Assembly: GCA_018240895.1 (NCBI GenBank)
Contig: JAFEEX010000029.1
Span: 851 to 64,850 of the forward strand
DNA from: Pseudomonadota bacterium
GTDB taxonomy: Bacteria > Pseudomonadota > Alphaproteobacteria > Sphingomonadales > Sphingomonadaceae
Direction of reading: 5' to 3'
DNA: 64,000 nt
In this document: positions 18,842 to 28,294 of the stretch, piece after piece
How positions within the stretch are numbered: position 1 is the first letter of the stretch
Layout of the letters: every line of letters starts with the position of its first letter
Position numbers and translations under genes: made by a program
The notes under the pieces: generated by a model
The model's database searches: none
Seen by the model: the letters and a program-made list of their open reading frames with translations, nothing else
Told to the model about the DNA's origin: nothing

Positions 18842-19865
18842 TCCTGTCCTCTGCCGCCAGCATCGCCTGGATCTTGCGCCGCGCCCGGGTGCCTCCCTGA
18901 TCAATCCCCAGCGACAGCGGCCGCCCCTCCCAGAAATCCTGCCCTTCAAGATTGGCGAAGGCGGCCTCGATGATTGGCTTGTCTTCGGCGTTGAAAGCCT
19001 GATCGAACAACTCGGTCAAAAAGGCGTCGACCGCCGGATCGTCCACAGCCTCGTGCCGGGCGTTGGCGGTGAAATAGTGCGCGGTGGTGGTGCTTTCCGG
19101 GGTAACGATGTGCGCCTGCCCGCCCACGCGAAAGCCTTCCTCGCGCGGGCGGCCCGGCAGCGTGGCGCCAATGTCCAGTTCCATGCTGGCGGGCGCGTTC
19201 CAGCGCATATCAAGCCAGTGATCAGTCAGTTGCCCCTCGGCAAAGGGCGGGCGCGTGGGAAGCGGCGCAGGCACCCCCGGCATCCACCAGTTCGAATGAA
19301 GCGTCGCCCCGTCATCGATCACCCGGTGCTGCCCGGCAAAGATCACCCCATCGCCAGCAAAGGTGCCGCGATGGACAAATTCGATGTGGCTAAGGTCCAT
19401 CAGGTTGTCAGTGCAGAATTCATATGGCGCGCGCACCAGCGTATGACCGCGCAAGACCTTGCGTCCCGGCTGATCGGCCAGACGGGAAAAATCCGGAATT
19501 TCAGCGGGGTCGGCGGTATCCGCATTGCCGCCCCACATCCAGATGATCCCGTCCCGTTCGGCGCAGGCCCAGCTATCCACTTGCGCACCGGCCGGAATCC
19601 GTTCTGAAAAGGGGTTGCGGATGCACTGGCCGCCGGCATCGAAGGTCAGGCCGTGATAGGGGCAAACCAGCGCATCCCCCGCCCGCTCGCCGCGCGAAAG
19701 CGGCGCAAACCGGTGCGGGCAGCGATCGTGCAGCGCGGCAACGGTGCCATCGGCCAGGCGAAAGAACACCCGCGCGCGCCCCGCGATCCGCCGGGTCAGC
19801 AGGCCGTCCGTCAGTTCGCCAGACCAGCCCGCCATATACCAGACATTGCGAAGGAAGCGCGTCAT
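18834..19865 (-). CDS. Rieske oxygenase alpha subunit (VanA/O-demethylase-like)
   Basis: CPHRFAPLS...CPYHG Rieske motif; DNLMDLSHIEFVH mononuclear Fe motif; FLRNVWY. Confidence 0.9.
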   Translation of the reverse strand: MTRFLRNVWYMAGWSGELTDGLLTRRIAGRARVFFRLADGTVAALHDRCPHRFAPLSRGERAGDALVCPYHGLTFDAGGQCIRNPFSERIPAGAQVDSWACAERDGIIWMWGGNADTADPAEIPDFSRLADQPGRKVLRGHTLVRAPYEFCTDNLMDLSHIEFVHRGTFAGDGVIFAGQHRVIDDGATLHSNWWMPGVPAPLPTRPPFAEGQLTDHWLDMRWNAPASMELDIGATLPGRPREEGFRVGGQAHIVTPESTTTAHYFTANARHEAVDDPAVDAFLTELFDQAFNAEDKPIIEAAFANLEGQDFWEGRPLSLGIDQGGTRARRKIQAMLAAEDRNG

Positions 19866-19887
19866 TGAACGTTCTCCGCCGGTTGGA

Positions 19888-21045
19888 TCAGGCCGTGTGC
19901 CCGCCCAGTGTTTCGGCAAACCAGTCAGCGATATAGTCGATCGCGAAGGCGTGGTTGTCCGCGCCAACGTGTTCGACCCCGCCTTCGCGGTCAGTGAACC
20001 ATTTCAGTTCGCGGCGCGGGCTGCTGGTCAACTGGTCATAGGCCTGCTGGGCATAGTCCTTGGAAATCTGCCGGTCATTCACCCCGTGCGTGACCAGGAA
20101 CGGCACCTTGATCCGGTCCATGTGGCCGTTGAGGTTCATGTCCCGGGTCTTTTCCAGGAAATCATCCATGTCCTTGGCGCCGAACACCCAGAATACGTGG
20201 CCCCAATAATGCGGCACGGGGTTTTCGCCTTCGCGCTTCATCCGGCCATACTGGACCTCGTGCCAGTTGTGGTTCGCGCCCCAGGCCGCGCCGCTTTTGA
20301 AGCGCGGTTCATAAGCGACCGCGCGCGGGGCATAGTGCCCGCCCAGCGAAATCCCGGTCATCCCGATCGCGTTCTTGTCCACGTCATCGCGGGTTTCCAG
20401 ATAGTCGACATAGGCTGATGCCCAGCGCTCTGAATAGGGCGTGGCGGGCAGGTCTTGCAGGCGCAGCGCCTCACCCGTGCCGGGCTGATCGACGCACAGG
20501 GTATGGATGCCGCGCTTGGCCAGGGCATAGGGAATGCCGCCCATCCACAGCATTTCCTTCATCGAATCGAGCCCGTTGCAATAGATTACGCAAGGGGCCG
20601 GACCAGCGACCGGGGCCTTGTGGAACAGCCCGGTAATTTCCTTGCCTTCATAGGGGATCGCGATCCGGGTGACGGGATCACCGACCAGCTCCACCCCGCG
20701 CAGGAAATTCTTGATCGCCTTGTCATAGGTTTCCACCCGACCGGGCGAGCCGTGCGCCTGCATCCGCTCGCCCGTCTGGTAATAGATCGCGCTGCGCTTC
20801 AGCTTGTTGCCGGCTGAATACATCCGGCCTTTGGCCACATCCTCATCGGCAAGACCGGTCAGCTTGTCAGCCATCTTGACCCATTCGGCCATGAATTCGG
20901 CGGTGCCGGCATCCTCGCCCGCCTGGGCCGCCTTCATCAACGGCTGGATTATGTCGACAATCTCGCCAATGCGCCCGCCGTTTTCCAGCGCGATCGAAAC
21001 CGACAGGTTCCAGACATAGTTGGGAAAGGGTTCAAACAGAGCCAT
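19888..21045 (-). CDS. Alpha/beta hydrolase (2,6-dihydroxypseudooxynicotine-hydrolase-like C-C hydrolase)
   Basis: NGLDSMKE, DQPGTGEA, GISLGGHY, HGVNDRQI, GVEH. Confidence 0.85.
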   Translation of the reverse strand: MALFEPFPNYVWNLSVSIALENGGRIGEIVDIIQPLMKAAQAGEDAGTAEFMAEWVKMADKLTGLADEDVAKGRMYSAGNKLKRSAIYYQTGERMQAHGSPGRVETYDKAIKNFLRGVELVGDPVTRIAIPYEGKEITGLFHKAPVAGPAPCVIYCNGLDSMKEMLWMGGIPYALAKRGIHTLCVDQPGTGEALRLQDLPATPYSERWASAYVDYLETRDDVDKNAIGMTGISLGGHYAPRAVAYEPRFKSGAAWGANHNWHEVQYGRMKREGENPVPHYWGHVFWVFGAKDMDDFLEKTRDMNLNGHMDRIKVPFLVTHGVNDRQISKDYAQQAYDQLTSSPRRELKWFTDREGGVEHVGADNHAFAIDYIADWFAETLGGHTA

Positions 21046-21049
21046 CAAT

Positions 21050-21850
21050 TCAATCCTCGAAAATGGCGACCGCGCGGGTCCAACCCGCCGAAGCGCCCTT
21101 GATCTTGTTAGGGAAGCACGAAATCATGAACCCGGTTGAAGGGATCGCTTCCAGATTGTGCATCTTTTCAATGTGGCAATAGCCGATGTCCACGCCGGCG
21201 CGGTGGCCTTCCCAGATCAGTTTGGGGTTGTTGGTTTCCAGCACCTTGTCCTTGGTGTGAACGAAGGGCGCATCCCATGACCAGGCATCGGTGCCGGTCA
21301 CCCGCACACCGCGTTCCAGCAGGTACATCGTCGCCTCATACCCCATGCCCGCACCGCGGCTGACATAGGCGGGATCGCGGTCAGCCAGCGCCTTGCCGGC
21401 GGCGGTGTTGACCACCACGATATCGAAGGGTTGCAGATCGTGGTCGATCCGCTTGAGCTCCGCCTCCACATCCGCCGCCGTGGCGACATAGCCATCCGCG
21501 AAATGCCGGAAATCCAGTTTGACCCCGGGGTTGAAGAACCATTCCAGCGGCATCTGGTCGATTGTGCGCGACGGCCGCGCGCCGCCTTCAAGGCTGGCGC
21601 TCTCGCTGGGGTGATAGTGCCACGGCGCATCAACGTGCGTGCCGCTGTGCGTGGTCAGCCGGACCCATTCCGACGCGCAGAACGGATGGCCGCCGATCAT
21701 CCCGTCGATGTCCGCGCCGGGGAAGAAGGCGTTCAGCTCATGCCGGGTGCCATCGTGGGTTTCGTATTCGATCGTCGGCTTCAGAAACGGCGGATCGCTG
21801 ATGATGTCGTTTTCAAGCGTCATCGACAGATCGACATAGCGGCGGGGCAT
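21050..21850 (-). CDS. Cyclase (kynurenine formamidase-like) family protein
   Basis: HSGTHVDAPWH signature, GTDAWSWD, HIEKMHNL, GWTRAVA. Confidence 0.9.
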   Translation of the reverse strand: MPRRYVDLSMTLENDIISDPPFLKPTIEYETHDGTRHELNAFFPGADIDGMIGGHPFCASEWVRLTTHSGTHVDAPWHYHPSESASLEGGARPSRTIDQMPLEWFFNPGVKLDFRHFADGYVATAADVEAELKRIDHDLQPFDIVVVNTAAGKALADRDPAYVSRGAGMGYEATMYLLERGVRVTGTDAWSWDAPFVHTKDKVLETNNPKLIWEGHRAGVDIGYCHIEKMHNLEAIPSTGFMISCFPNKIKGASAGWTRAVAIFED

Positions 21851-21892
21851 GGCGTTCTCCAAACAAGTCAAAGTCAGGGCAAAATCGGATCT

Positions 21893-22001
21893 AACCCGTC
21901 CGTCCTGAGCTTGTCGAAGGACTGCCCTTGCTTCGTGCGAGCGCGGGGGACGCATGAAGAAGAAAAGGACAATGCTTCGACAAGCTCAGCATGGGCGGGT
22001 T
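21893..22001. repeat. REP-like palindrome pair (CTGAGCTTGTCGAAG family)
   Basis: cctgagcttgtcgaagg ... gcttcgacaagctcagc inverted arms. Confidence 0.8.
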
Positions 22002-22030
22002 TGCAGGGCAGAGCATGGTGCCAGGTTCCT

Positions 22031-22786
22031 TCAGTCCGCGGTCCAGCCGCCATCGACAACCAGGCTGGTCCCGGTCATCAGGGCGGAGGCATCAGAGGCG
22101 AGGAACAGTATCGCACCCATCAGATCTTCGACAGTGCCGATCCGGCCCAGCTTGATCTTGGTCAGGACCGATGCCTTGAACGCCGCATCCTCGAAAAACG
22201 GTTTGGTCAGGGGGGTTTCGATAAAGGTTGGGGCGATGGTGTTGGAGCGGATGCCGCGCGGGGCAAGGTCAAGCGCGAAGGCCTTGTTCATCCCTTCAAG
22301 CGCCCATTTCGATGCGCAGTAAAGGCTGCGGTTTGGCCCGCCAACGTGGCCCATCTGGCTGCCCATGTGGATCAGGCTGCCCGCCTCCCCCGCAGCGATC
22401 AGCCGTTTGGCGCAGGCCTGTGCGACAAAGAACGCGCTTTTGAGATTGAGGTCCAGCACCGCGTCATAATCATCCTCGCTCACTTCCCACACCGGCTTGG
22501 GGCGGTTGGTGCCGGCGTTGTTGACCAGGATATGGAACGGTTCGCGCGCTTCAAAAAAGGCGGCAACGGCGGCAAGATCAGACACATCCAGTGTTGCGGC
22601 GATTGCTGCACCGCCAATCTCGGATGCTGCAACCTCAATCTCGCTTGATGTTCTGGCGACCAGCGTCACCTGTGCCCCGGCATCGGCCAGCGCGGCGGCG
22701 GCGGCAAGACCGATCCCGCGTCCCGCGCCTGTCACCACGGCGCGCTTGCCATCAAGGCGAAGGGAGGGAGTCTTGGGCAGGGTCAC
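22031..22786 (-). CDS. SDR-family oxidoreductase
   Basis: TGAGRGIG, NNAG, YCASK; GTG start inferred. Confidence 0.88.
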   Translation of the reverse strand: MTLPKTPSLRLDGKRAVVTGAGRGIGLAAAAALADAGAQVTLVARTSSEIEVAASEIGGAAIAATLDVSDLAAVAAFFEAREPFHILVNNAGTNRPKPVWEVSEDDYDAVLDLNLKSAFFVAQACAKRLIAAGEAGSLIHMGSQMGHVGGPNRSLYCASKWALEGMNKAFALDLAPRGIRSNTIAPTFIETPLTKPFFEDAAFKASVLTKIKLGRIGTVEDLMGAILFLASDASALMTGTSLVVDGGWTAD

Positions 22787-22795
22787 AGGATTTGA

Positions 22796-22942
22796 TCGCA
22801 CAAAGACACGAAGGCACGAAGATGTTCCTTCACGCCGCAGCCGTTTTCAATCGATCCGGCCTGTTCGCCCGCGCCAAGGCATGGCTGGAAAGCGGCTTCG
22901 CCGCATTGCGCGGCATCTTCGTGCCTTCGTGTCTTTGTGCGA
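22796..22942. repeat. MITE-like element with 29-bp perfect terminal inverted repeats
   Basis: tcgcacaaagacacgaaggcacgaagatg ... catcttcgtgccttcgtgtctttgtgcga. Confidence 0.75.
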
Positions 22943-22949
22943 GCCATCC

Positions 22950-24281
22950 TCACGCCCGGGTCAACTCACTCGGTTCGGCCTGCCCGGCATAAGGCACATT
23001 GCGCCCGCCGAAACGCCGCACGCGGATGTTGGCCTGTTCGCCGTGCCCGGCAAAGCCTTCCAGCGCGCAGAGACGGCTGCAATATTCGCCGATCAGCGCC
23101 GAAGCCTCATCGGTCAACACCTTCTGATAGGTGCAGGTCTTGAGGAACTTGCCGACCCACAGGCCGCCGGTATAGCGCGCCGCCTTCCTGGTCGGCAGGG
23201 TGTGATTGGTGCCGATCACCTTGTCACCAAACGAAACATTGGTGCGATTGCCCAGGAACAGCGCGCCGTAATTGGTCATGTTGGTGAGGAAGTAATCAGG
23301 ATCGCGAGTCATCACCTGAACGTGCTCGCTGGCGATCTCGTCCGCAACCTTGACCATTTCCTCATAGCTGTCGGCAACGATCACCTCGCCGAAGTTCTCC
23401 CAGGCCTTGCGGGCATGGTCGGCGGTGGGGAGGATTTCCAGCAGCCGGTCAATCTCGGCCATGGTCGCGCGGGCGAACTTCTCCGAATTGGTGAGCAGCA
23501 CGCCGGGGCTATCCGGGCCATGTTCGACCTGCCCCAGAATGTCGGTTGCGGCCATTTCCGGATCGCAGCCGATCTCGTCAGCAATGATCAGCGTTTCGGT
23601 CGGCCCGGCGAACAGGTCGATCCCGACCCGACCGAACAGCTGCCGCTTGGCCTCGGCCACAAAGGCGTTGCCCGGGCCAACCAGAATATCGACCGGATCG
23701 ATCGTCTGGGTGCCCAGCGCCATTGCCCCAATCGCCTGAATGCCGCCAAGGGCATAGATCGCATCGGCCCCTGCCAGCGCCTGCGCCGCGACGATCGCCC
23801 GCGCCGGGGTGCCCTGAAACGGCGGGGCGCAGGTGATGACGCGCGGAACGCCCGCAACCTTGGCGGTGATCACGCTCATATGGGCGGAGGCGAGCAGCGG
23901 ATATTTGCCGCCCGGCACGTAACAACCTGCGGCGTTGATTGGCAGGTTCTTGTGGCCCAGCACCACGCCGGGCATCGTCTCAACCTCAACGTCCTTCATC
24001 GAATCGCGCTGGATCTGGGCGAAGTTTCGCACCTGGGTTTGCGCGAATTCGATGTCCTTGCGCTCCTGCGGGGTCAGGCTGTCAACGCAGGCGTCAATCT
24101 CCGCCTGGCTCAACCGGTAATCGTCACGGTCCCAGCCATCGAACTTGATGCTCATCTCGCGCACCGCCGCATCGCCGCGCTTCTCGATGTCGGCCAGCGC
24201 CGCCTCGACAATGTCGCGCACCTTGCGGTCTGCATCCGCCTTCGCCTCGGCAGTCGCGCCGCGCTTGAGCCACTGGGCCAT
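22950..24281 (-). CDS. Histidinol dehydrogenase-family paralog (HpsN-like, probably catabolic)
   Basis: [45 protein letters not shown]; no other his genes nearby. Confidence 0.85.
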   Translation of the reverse strand: MAQWLKRGATAEAKADADRKVRDIVEAALADIEKRGDAAVREMSIKFDGWDRDDYRLSQAEIDACVDSLTPQERKDIEFAQTQVRNFAQIQRDSMKDVEVETMPGVVLGHKNLPINAAGCYVPGGKYPLLASAHMSVITAKVAGVPRVITCAPPFQGTPARAIVAAQALAGADAIYALGGIQAIGAMALGTQTIDPVDILVGPGNAFVAEAKRQLFGRVGIDLFAGPTETLIIADEIGCDPEMAATDILGQVEHGPDSPGVLLTNSEKFARATMAEIDRLLEILPTADHARKAWENFGEVIVADSYEEMVKVADEIASEHVQVMTRDPDYFLTNMTNYGALFLGNRTNVSFGDKVIGTNHTLPTRKAARYTGGLWVGKFLKTCTYQKVLTDEASALIGEYCSRLCALEGFAGHGEQANIRVRRFGGRNVPYAGQAEPSELTRA

Positions 24282-24431
24282 AGGTCTCCCCGATATTTAC
24301 TGTGAACAGGATTGCCCAATGCATGAGGGGGTTTGGCCAAACCATCGCATAGTATCGATGCCAGCCTATCGACCGAATGCCTTTGTCGCGCGCGCAGAGC
24401 AGGGGTAGCGGAACAAGCAGAATAGCCCCGC

Positions 24432-24517
24432 CCGTCACTCCGGGCTTGACCCGGGGTCCCGCTTTCTATCGGCCTCGCCAAGGCAGCGGGACCCCCGGGT
24501 CAAGCCCGGGGTGACGG
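24432..24517. repeat. REP-like palindrome (GTCACCCCGGGCTTGACCCGGG family)
   Basis: ccgtcactccgggcttgacccggggtcccgc ... gcgggacccccgggtcaagcccggggtgacgg. Confidence 0.8.
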
Positions 24518-24544
24518 TTGTTGTTTGGACAGGGAGAATTGTTG

Positions 24545-25489
24545 ATGCGGTTGGCAACGCTGAAGGACGGAACAAAGGACGGGCGGCTTGTGGTGGTATC
24601 GCCTGACGGCAGCGCCTGCGCGCCCGCACCGGTCAAGACCCTGCAGGAAGCGCTGGAAGATTGGGACGCCGTGGCCCCGCAGCTTGCCGCCGCCAGCAAC
24701 TTTCCCGATCCGCTTGATGCCAGCCAGATTCTCGCCCCCTTGCCGCGCGCGTGGCAGTGGCTGGACGGATCGGTCTATGCCAGCCACGGCGCGCTGATGG
24801 ACAAGGTGATCGGCGTGGACAAGGAACCCGTGCCCTGGCCGCTGATGTATCAGGGTGTGTCCAACAAGTTCTATGGCCCGGGCGAAGACGTGGTGATGGC
24901 CGACGAGGCGCTGGGGATCGATTTCGAAGGCGAGTTCGGCGTGATCGTTGACGAGGTGCCGATGGGCGTCTCGCTGGAACAGGCGGGCAAGCACATCCGC
25001 CTGGTGGTCCAGATCAACGACTGGTCGCTGCGCGCCCTGGCCGGGCCGGAAATGAAAACCGGATTCGGCTGGGTTCAGGCCAAACCGCCGTGCTCGATGG
25101 CGCCCTTTGCGGTGACGCCCGATGAACTGGGCGACGCGTGGGAGGATTTCCAGCCCAACATGAACTTGGCGGTGTTCTGGAACGACGCCAAGTTTGGCAA
25201 TGCCCACGGCAAGGCGATGGGCCACGGCTTTGATGCGCTGGTCGCTCACGCCGCGCGCACCCGCAGCCTGGTGGCGGGCACGGTGATCGGATCGGGCACG
25301 GTTTCCAACGCCAACTTCCGTGAAGTCGGCTCATCCTGCATCGCCGAGCGGCGCGGGATCGAAATCGTTGATGAAGGCGCGGCCCGCACCGATTTCATGA
25401 AATATGGCGACCGGGTGCGGATGGAAGCCCGCGCCGCCGATGGCCGCACCCCCTTTGGCGCGATTGACCAGAAGGTGGTTCGGCCATGA
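24545..25489 (+). CDS. Fumarylacetoacetate hydrolase family protein (FdeI-like)
   Basis: PLPRAWQWLDGS, IDFEGE, NDWSLR, GSGTVSN. Confidence 0.9.
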   Translation: MRLATLKDGTKDGRLVVVSPDGSACAPAPVKTLQEALEDWDAVAPQLAAASNFPDPLDASQILAPLPRAWQWLDGSVYASHGALMDKVIGVDKEPVPWPLMYQGVSNKFYGPGEDVVMADEALGIDFEGEFGVIVDEVPMGVSLEQAGKHIRLVVQINDWSLRALAGPEMKTGFGWVQAKPPCSMAPFAVTPDELGDAWEDFQPNMNLAVFWNDAKFGNAHGKAMGHGFDALVAHAARTRSLVAGTVIGSGTVSNANFREVGSSCIAERRGIEIVDEGAARTDFMKYGDRVRMEARAADGRTPFGAIDQKVVRP

Positions 25490-26004
25490 GCGCCCTGTCC
25501 GACAGCGGGCTGCCGCTGGTCCAGCGGGTCGTCACCGGGCATGATGAAAACGGCCGAGCCACGTTCAAGAGCGAGGATTTCTCGCCAACCCGGATGATCT
25601 CTTCGGGCGATGCCAGCTTCCTGACGATCTGGACCACCGAAGCCGTCCCCGCTGATGTCAACGACGAGCGTGACGGGCGCGACCTGCCAACCGGGCTGAC
25701 GCTGGAGCGCGGATCGGTGATCCGCATCACCGATATGCTGCCGGGCAAGGAAAGCCCGATGCACCGCACCAACAGCATCGATTACGGCATCGTCCTGCAA
25801 GGCGAGATCGAGCTGGAGCTTGAGGACGGGCGCAAGAAGACGATCAGGCAAGGCGGGATCATTGTCCAGCGTGGCACCAATCATCTGTGGCGCAACACCA
25901 CTGACAAGGTGACGCGGATCGCCTTCATCCTGATCGAGGCCCCGGCCTATCGCCACAACGGCGTGCCGCTTGATGAGATGAAGCCTGAGGACGTTCACGA
26001 CTGA
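25486..26004 (+). CDS. Cupin domain protein (FdeH-like)
   Basis: RVVTGHD, MHRTNSIDYG, VQRGTNHLW. Confidence 0.88.
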   Translation: MSALSDSGLPLVQRVVTGHDENGRATFKSEDFSPTRMISSGDASFLTIWTTEAVPADVNDERDGRDLPTGLTLERGSVIRITDMLPGKESPMHRTNSIDYGIVLQGEIELELEDGRKKTIRQGGIIVQRGTNHLWRNTTDKVTRIAFILIEAPAYRHNGVPLDEMKPEDVHD

Positions 26005-26021
26005 CATCGGGAGAGGGAACC

Positions 26022-26660
26022 ATGCGCAAGGCCTTGATCGCGGCGGCTCTGGTGGGGGGCGCAAGCCTGGCATTGGCCCAGTCCCCGTTTCACGCAATCA
26101 GCCCGGGGCCGCGCGCCCTGCCGGGTGATCGCCTGCCGCCCTTCGCGGTGCTGGACGATCAGGGCCAGTTGCAATTGAGCCCGCCGCCGCTGCCGCCCGG
26201 CGTGCACTTGCCCCAGCCCGGCGGTCCGCCCGAATCGACTGCACCGGGGCCAAGTCTGGCCGAGGCGACGCGCATGGCCCAGGCGGCGGTGCGGGCCTGC
26301 TCGGCGCTGGGCTATCGCACCGGAGCCGCCGTGGTCGACAGCAAGGGTGAACTGCGCGCCGGGCTGACCGCGGACGGCGCGGATGGCAGCCACATCTTCG
26401 TCGCCATGCGCAAGACCGAAGTGACCCGCGTGTTTGCCATGCCGAGTTCTGCCGCCAATGCGCTGCTGCAAAAGGACAAGAACCAGCTTGGCAAGGTAAC
26501 CCCGGCGATGTTCGTTGAAGGCGGCGCGGTGCCGATTGAGCGGAACGGCAAGATCATCGGCGCGATCGGGGTCAGCGGCGCGGCGGGAATGCCGATTGGT
26601 CACAATGATGAGGTTTGCGCCCAGGCAGGCATCAAGGCGATGACCGTCCGGCGCAAATGA
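26022..26660 (+). CDS. Secreted GlcG/HbpS heme-binding family protein
   Basis: signal peptide; AVVDSKG, GGAVPI...IGAIGVSGA, DEVCAQAG. Confidence 0.8.
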   Translation: MRKALIAAALVGGASLALAQSPFHAISPGPRALPGDRLPPFAVLDDQGQLQLSPPPLPPGVHLPQPGGPPESTAPGPSLAEATRMAQAAVRACSALGYRTGAAVVDSKGELRAGLTADGADGSHIFVAMRKTEVTRVFAMPSSAANALLQKDKNQLGKVTPAMFVEGGAVPIERNGKIIGAIGVSGAAGMPIGHNDEVCAQAGIKAMTVRRK

Positions 26661-27415
26661 CGGCACTGTTCAATCTTTCCGGCAAGGCCGCGCTGGTCAC
26701 CGGATCAACCCGGGGAATCGGCCGCGCCATTGCCGAAGCCTTGATTGCCCAAGGCGCGCGGGTGGTGATCTCCAGCGAGGACGAGGCTGACACCGCGCGG
26801 GTGGCGGGTGAGCTGGGAATGCCGGGCTGCGCCTGCGACGTGACGGATGATGCGGCGCTGGCCGCGTTGGTTGACTTTACCGCAGCGCAGCTTGGCGGGC
26901 TTGACGTGCTGGTCTGCAATGCCGGGATCACCGGCAAGCCCGGGCCTTTCGCCGCCATCGACATGGAAGATTATGCCCGGGTCATGGCGATCAACCTGCG
27001 CAGTCAGGTGGTGCTGACGGGCCTCGCGCTGCCTCACATTGCCGCGCGCGGCGGAGGCAGCGCCGTGCTGATCGCCAGCCTGTCTGGCCTGCGCGGCAAT
27101 GGCCGGATCAATGCCTATGCCCTGGCCAAGGCCGGGGTCGCCCAACTGGCGCGCAACCTTGCGGTGGAATGGGGGCCGAGAAACGTGCGGGTCAACGCGG
27201 TTTCACCCGGCTTCATCGCCACGGAACTGTCTCAGCCCCTGCTCGACAATGCAGAATTCATGGCCCGCCGCATGGCGATGACCCCGCTGCGCAGACCGGG
27301 CACACCCGCCGAGGTTGCTGGCACGGTGGCGTTCCTCGCCTCGGCCGCGGGAGCCTTTGTGACCGGTCACAACCTGGTGGTTGATGGCGGCACCGTGATT
27401 ACTGACGGGAGTTGA
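26657..27415 (+). CDS. SDR-family oxidoreductase
   Basis: TGSTRGIG, CNAG, YALAK. Confidence 0.9.
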   Translation: MTALFNLSGKAALVTGSTRGIGRAIAEALIAQGARVVISSEDEADTARVAGELGMPGCACDVTDDAALAALVDFTAAQLGGLDVLVCNAGITGKPGPFAAIDMEDYARVMAINLRSQVVLTGLALPHIAARGGGSAVLIASLSGLRGNGRINAYALAKAGVAQLARNLAVEWGPRNVRVNAVSPGFIATELSQPLLDNAEFMARRMAMTPLRRPGTPAEVAGTVAFLASAAGAFVTGHNLVVDGGTVITDGS

Positions 27416-27455
27416 ATGAAGCAGTTTCCCGGACACGACAACATTGCTGTCGTTG

Positions 27456-27573
27456 CTCTCTCCCCTTCAGGGGAGAGATACGAAGGCTTGGGAGCGGAGC
27501 GAACTAGCCGAAGTAGAGAGGGGAGCGCGAGCGCAGCCCCCTCTCCCAACCCTCTCCCCTGAAGGGGAGAGGG
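27456..27573. repeat. Intergenic CCCCTCTCCC/GGGGAGAG palindromic repeat
   Basis: nested hairpins ctctccccttcaggggagag and ccctctcccctgaaggggagaggg; homologous to 36948-37063 and 52110-52227. Confidence 0.75.
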
Positions 27574-27592
27574 CTTTGTCCGCTCCCCCAAC

Positions 27593-28294
27593 TCACCACG
27601 CCGTCGCCCCCGCATCCACCGCGATATCCGCCCCGGTCACATAGCGCGCCTCGTCGCTGGCCAGCCAGACGGCGCACCAGGCGATGTCCTGCGGCTCGCC
27701 GAGGCGCTTGACCATGTTCTTGGCCAGCACCGCCTGCTCAAACCCCGGGTCCATTTCCAGATGCCGCGCGGTCGCCGCCGTCTTGATGAAACCGGGGGCA
27801 ATGGTGTTGGCGCGGATGTTGTGGGCTGCGCCCTCCATCGCCAGTTGCCGGGTCATGGCCAGCACCCCGCCCTTGCCGGCGCAGTGCGCCAGCGCCGGGC
27901 TGCCTTCCAGCGCGTGGCGGGCATTGGCGCTGGCAAAGTTGATCACCGATGCCGTGCCGCTCGCCTTGAGCCACGGCCAGGCTGCGCGGGTGGCAAGGAA
28001 CACGATGTCCAGTTCCCCCGTCAAGGTGGTTTTCCAATCGGCGTAGGACAGGTTTTCAATCCAGCCGAACACGGCAAAAGCCGCTGCATTGACCAGCACG
28101 TCAATCCGGCCATGCTCCGCCCCGATTCGCGCGAACAGCGCGTTTACCGCCGCTTCGTCAGTCAGGTCGCAATCGGCGCGATCAATGCCGATCACCGCCG
28201 CGCCTTCACGCGCGAACACGTCCGCGCAGCCCTGGCCGATGCCGTTGGCCGCGCCGGTTACAACCGCGATCCTGCCTGCCAGCCGTCCGCTCAT
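27593..28294 (-). CDS. SDR-family oxidoreductase (atypical HxxxK)
   Basis: TGAANGIG; HCAGK in place of YxxxK. Confidence 0.85.
   Translation of the reverse strand: MSGRLAGRIAVVTGAANGIGQGCADVFAREGAAVIGIDRADCDLTDEAAVNALFARIGAEHGRIDVLVNAAAFAVFGWIENLSYADWKTTLTGELDIVFLATRAAWPWLKASGTASVINFASANARHALEGSPALAHCAGKGGVLAMTRQLAMEGAAHNIRANTIAPGFIKTAATARHLEMDPGFEQAVLAKNMVKRLGEPQDIAWCAVWLASDEARYVTGADIAVDAGATAW

Noticed and set aside
22497-24305. 602-aa plus-strand ORF, and similar long antisense ORFs (35476-36999, 43373-44725, 48428-49759, 50619-52145)
   Set aside because: Shadow ORFs opposite clear genes in high-GC DNA; no recognisable motifs
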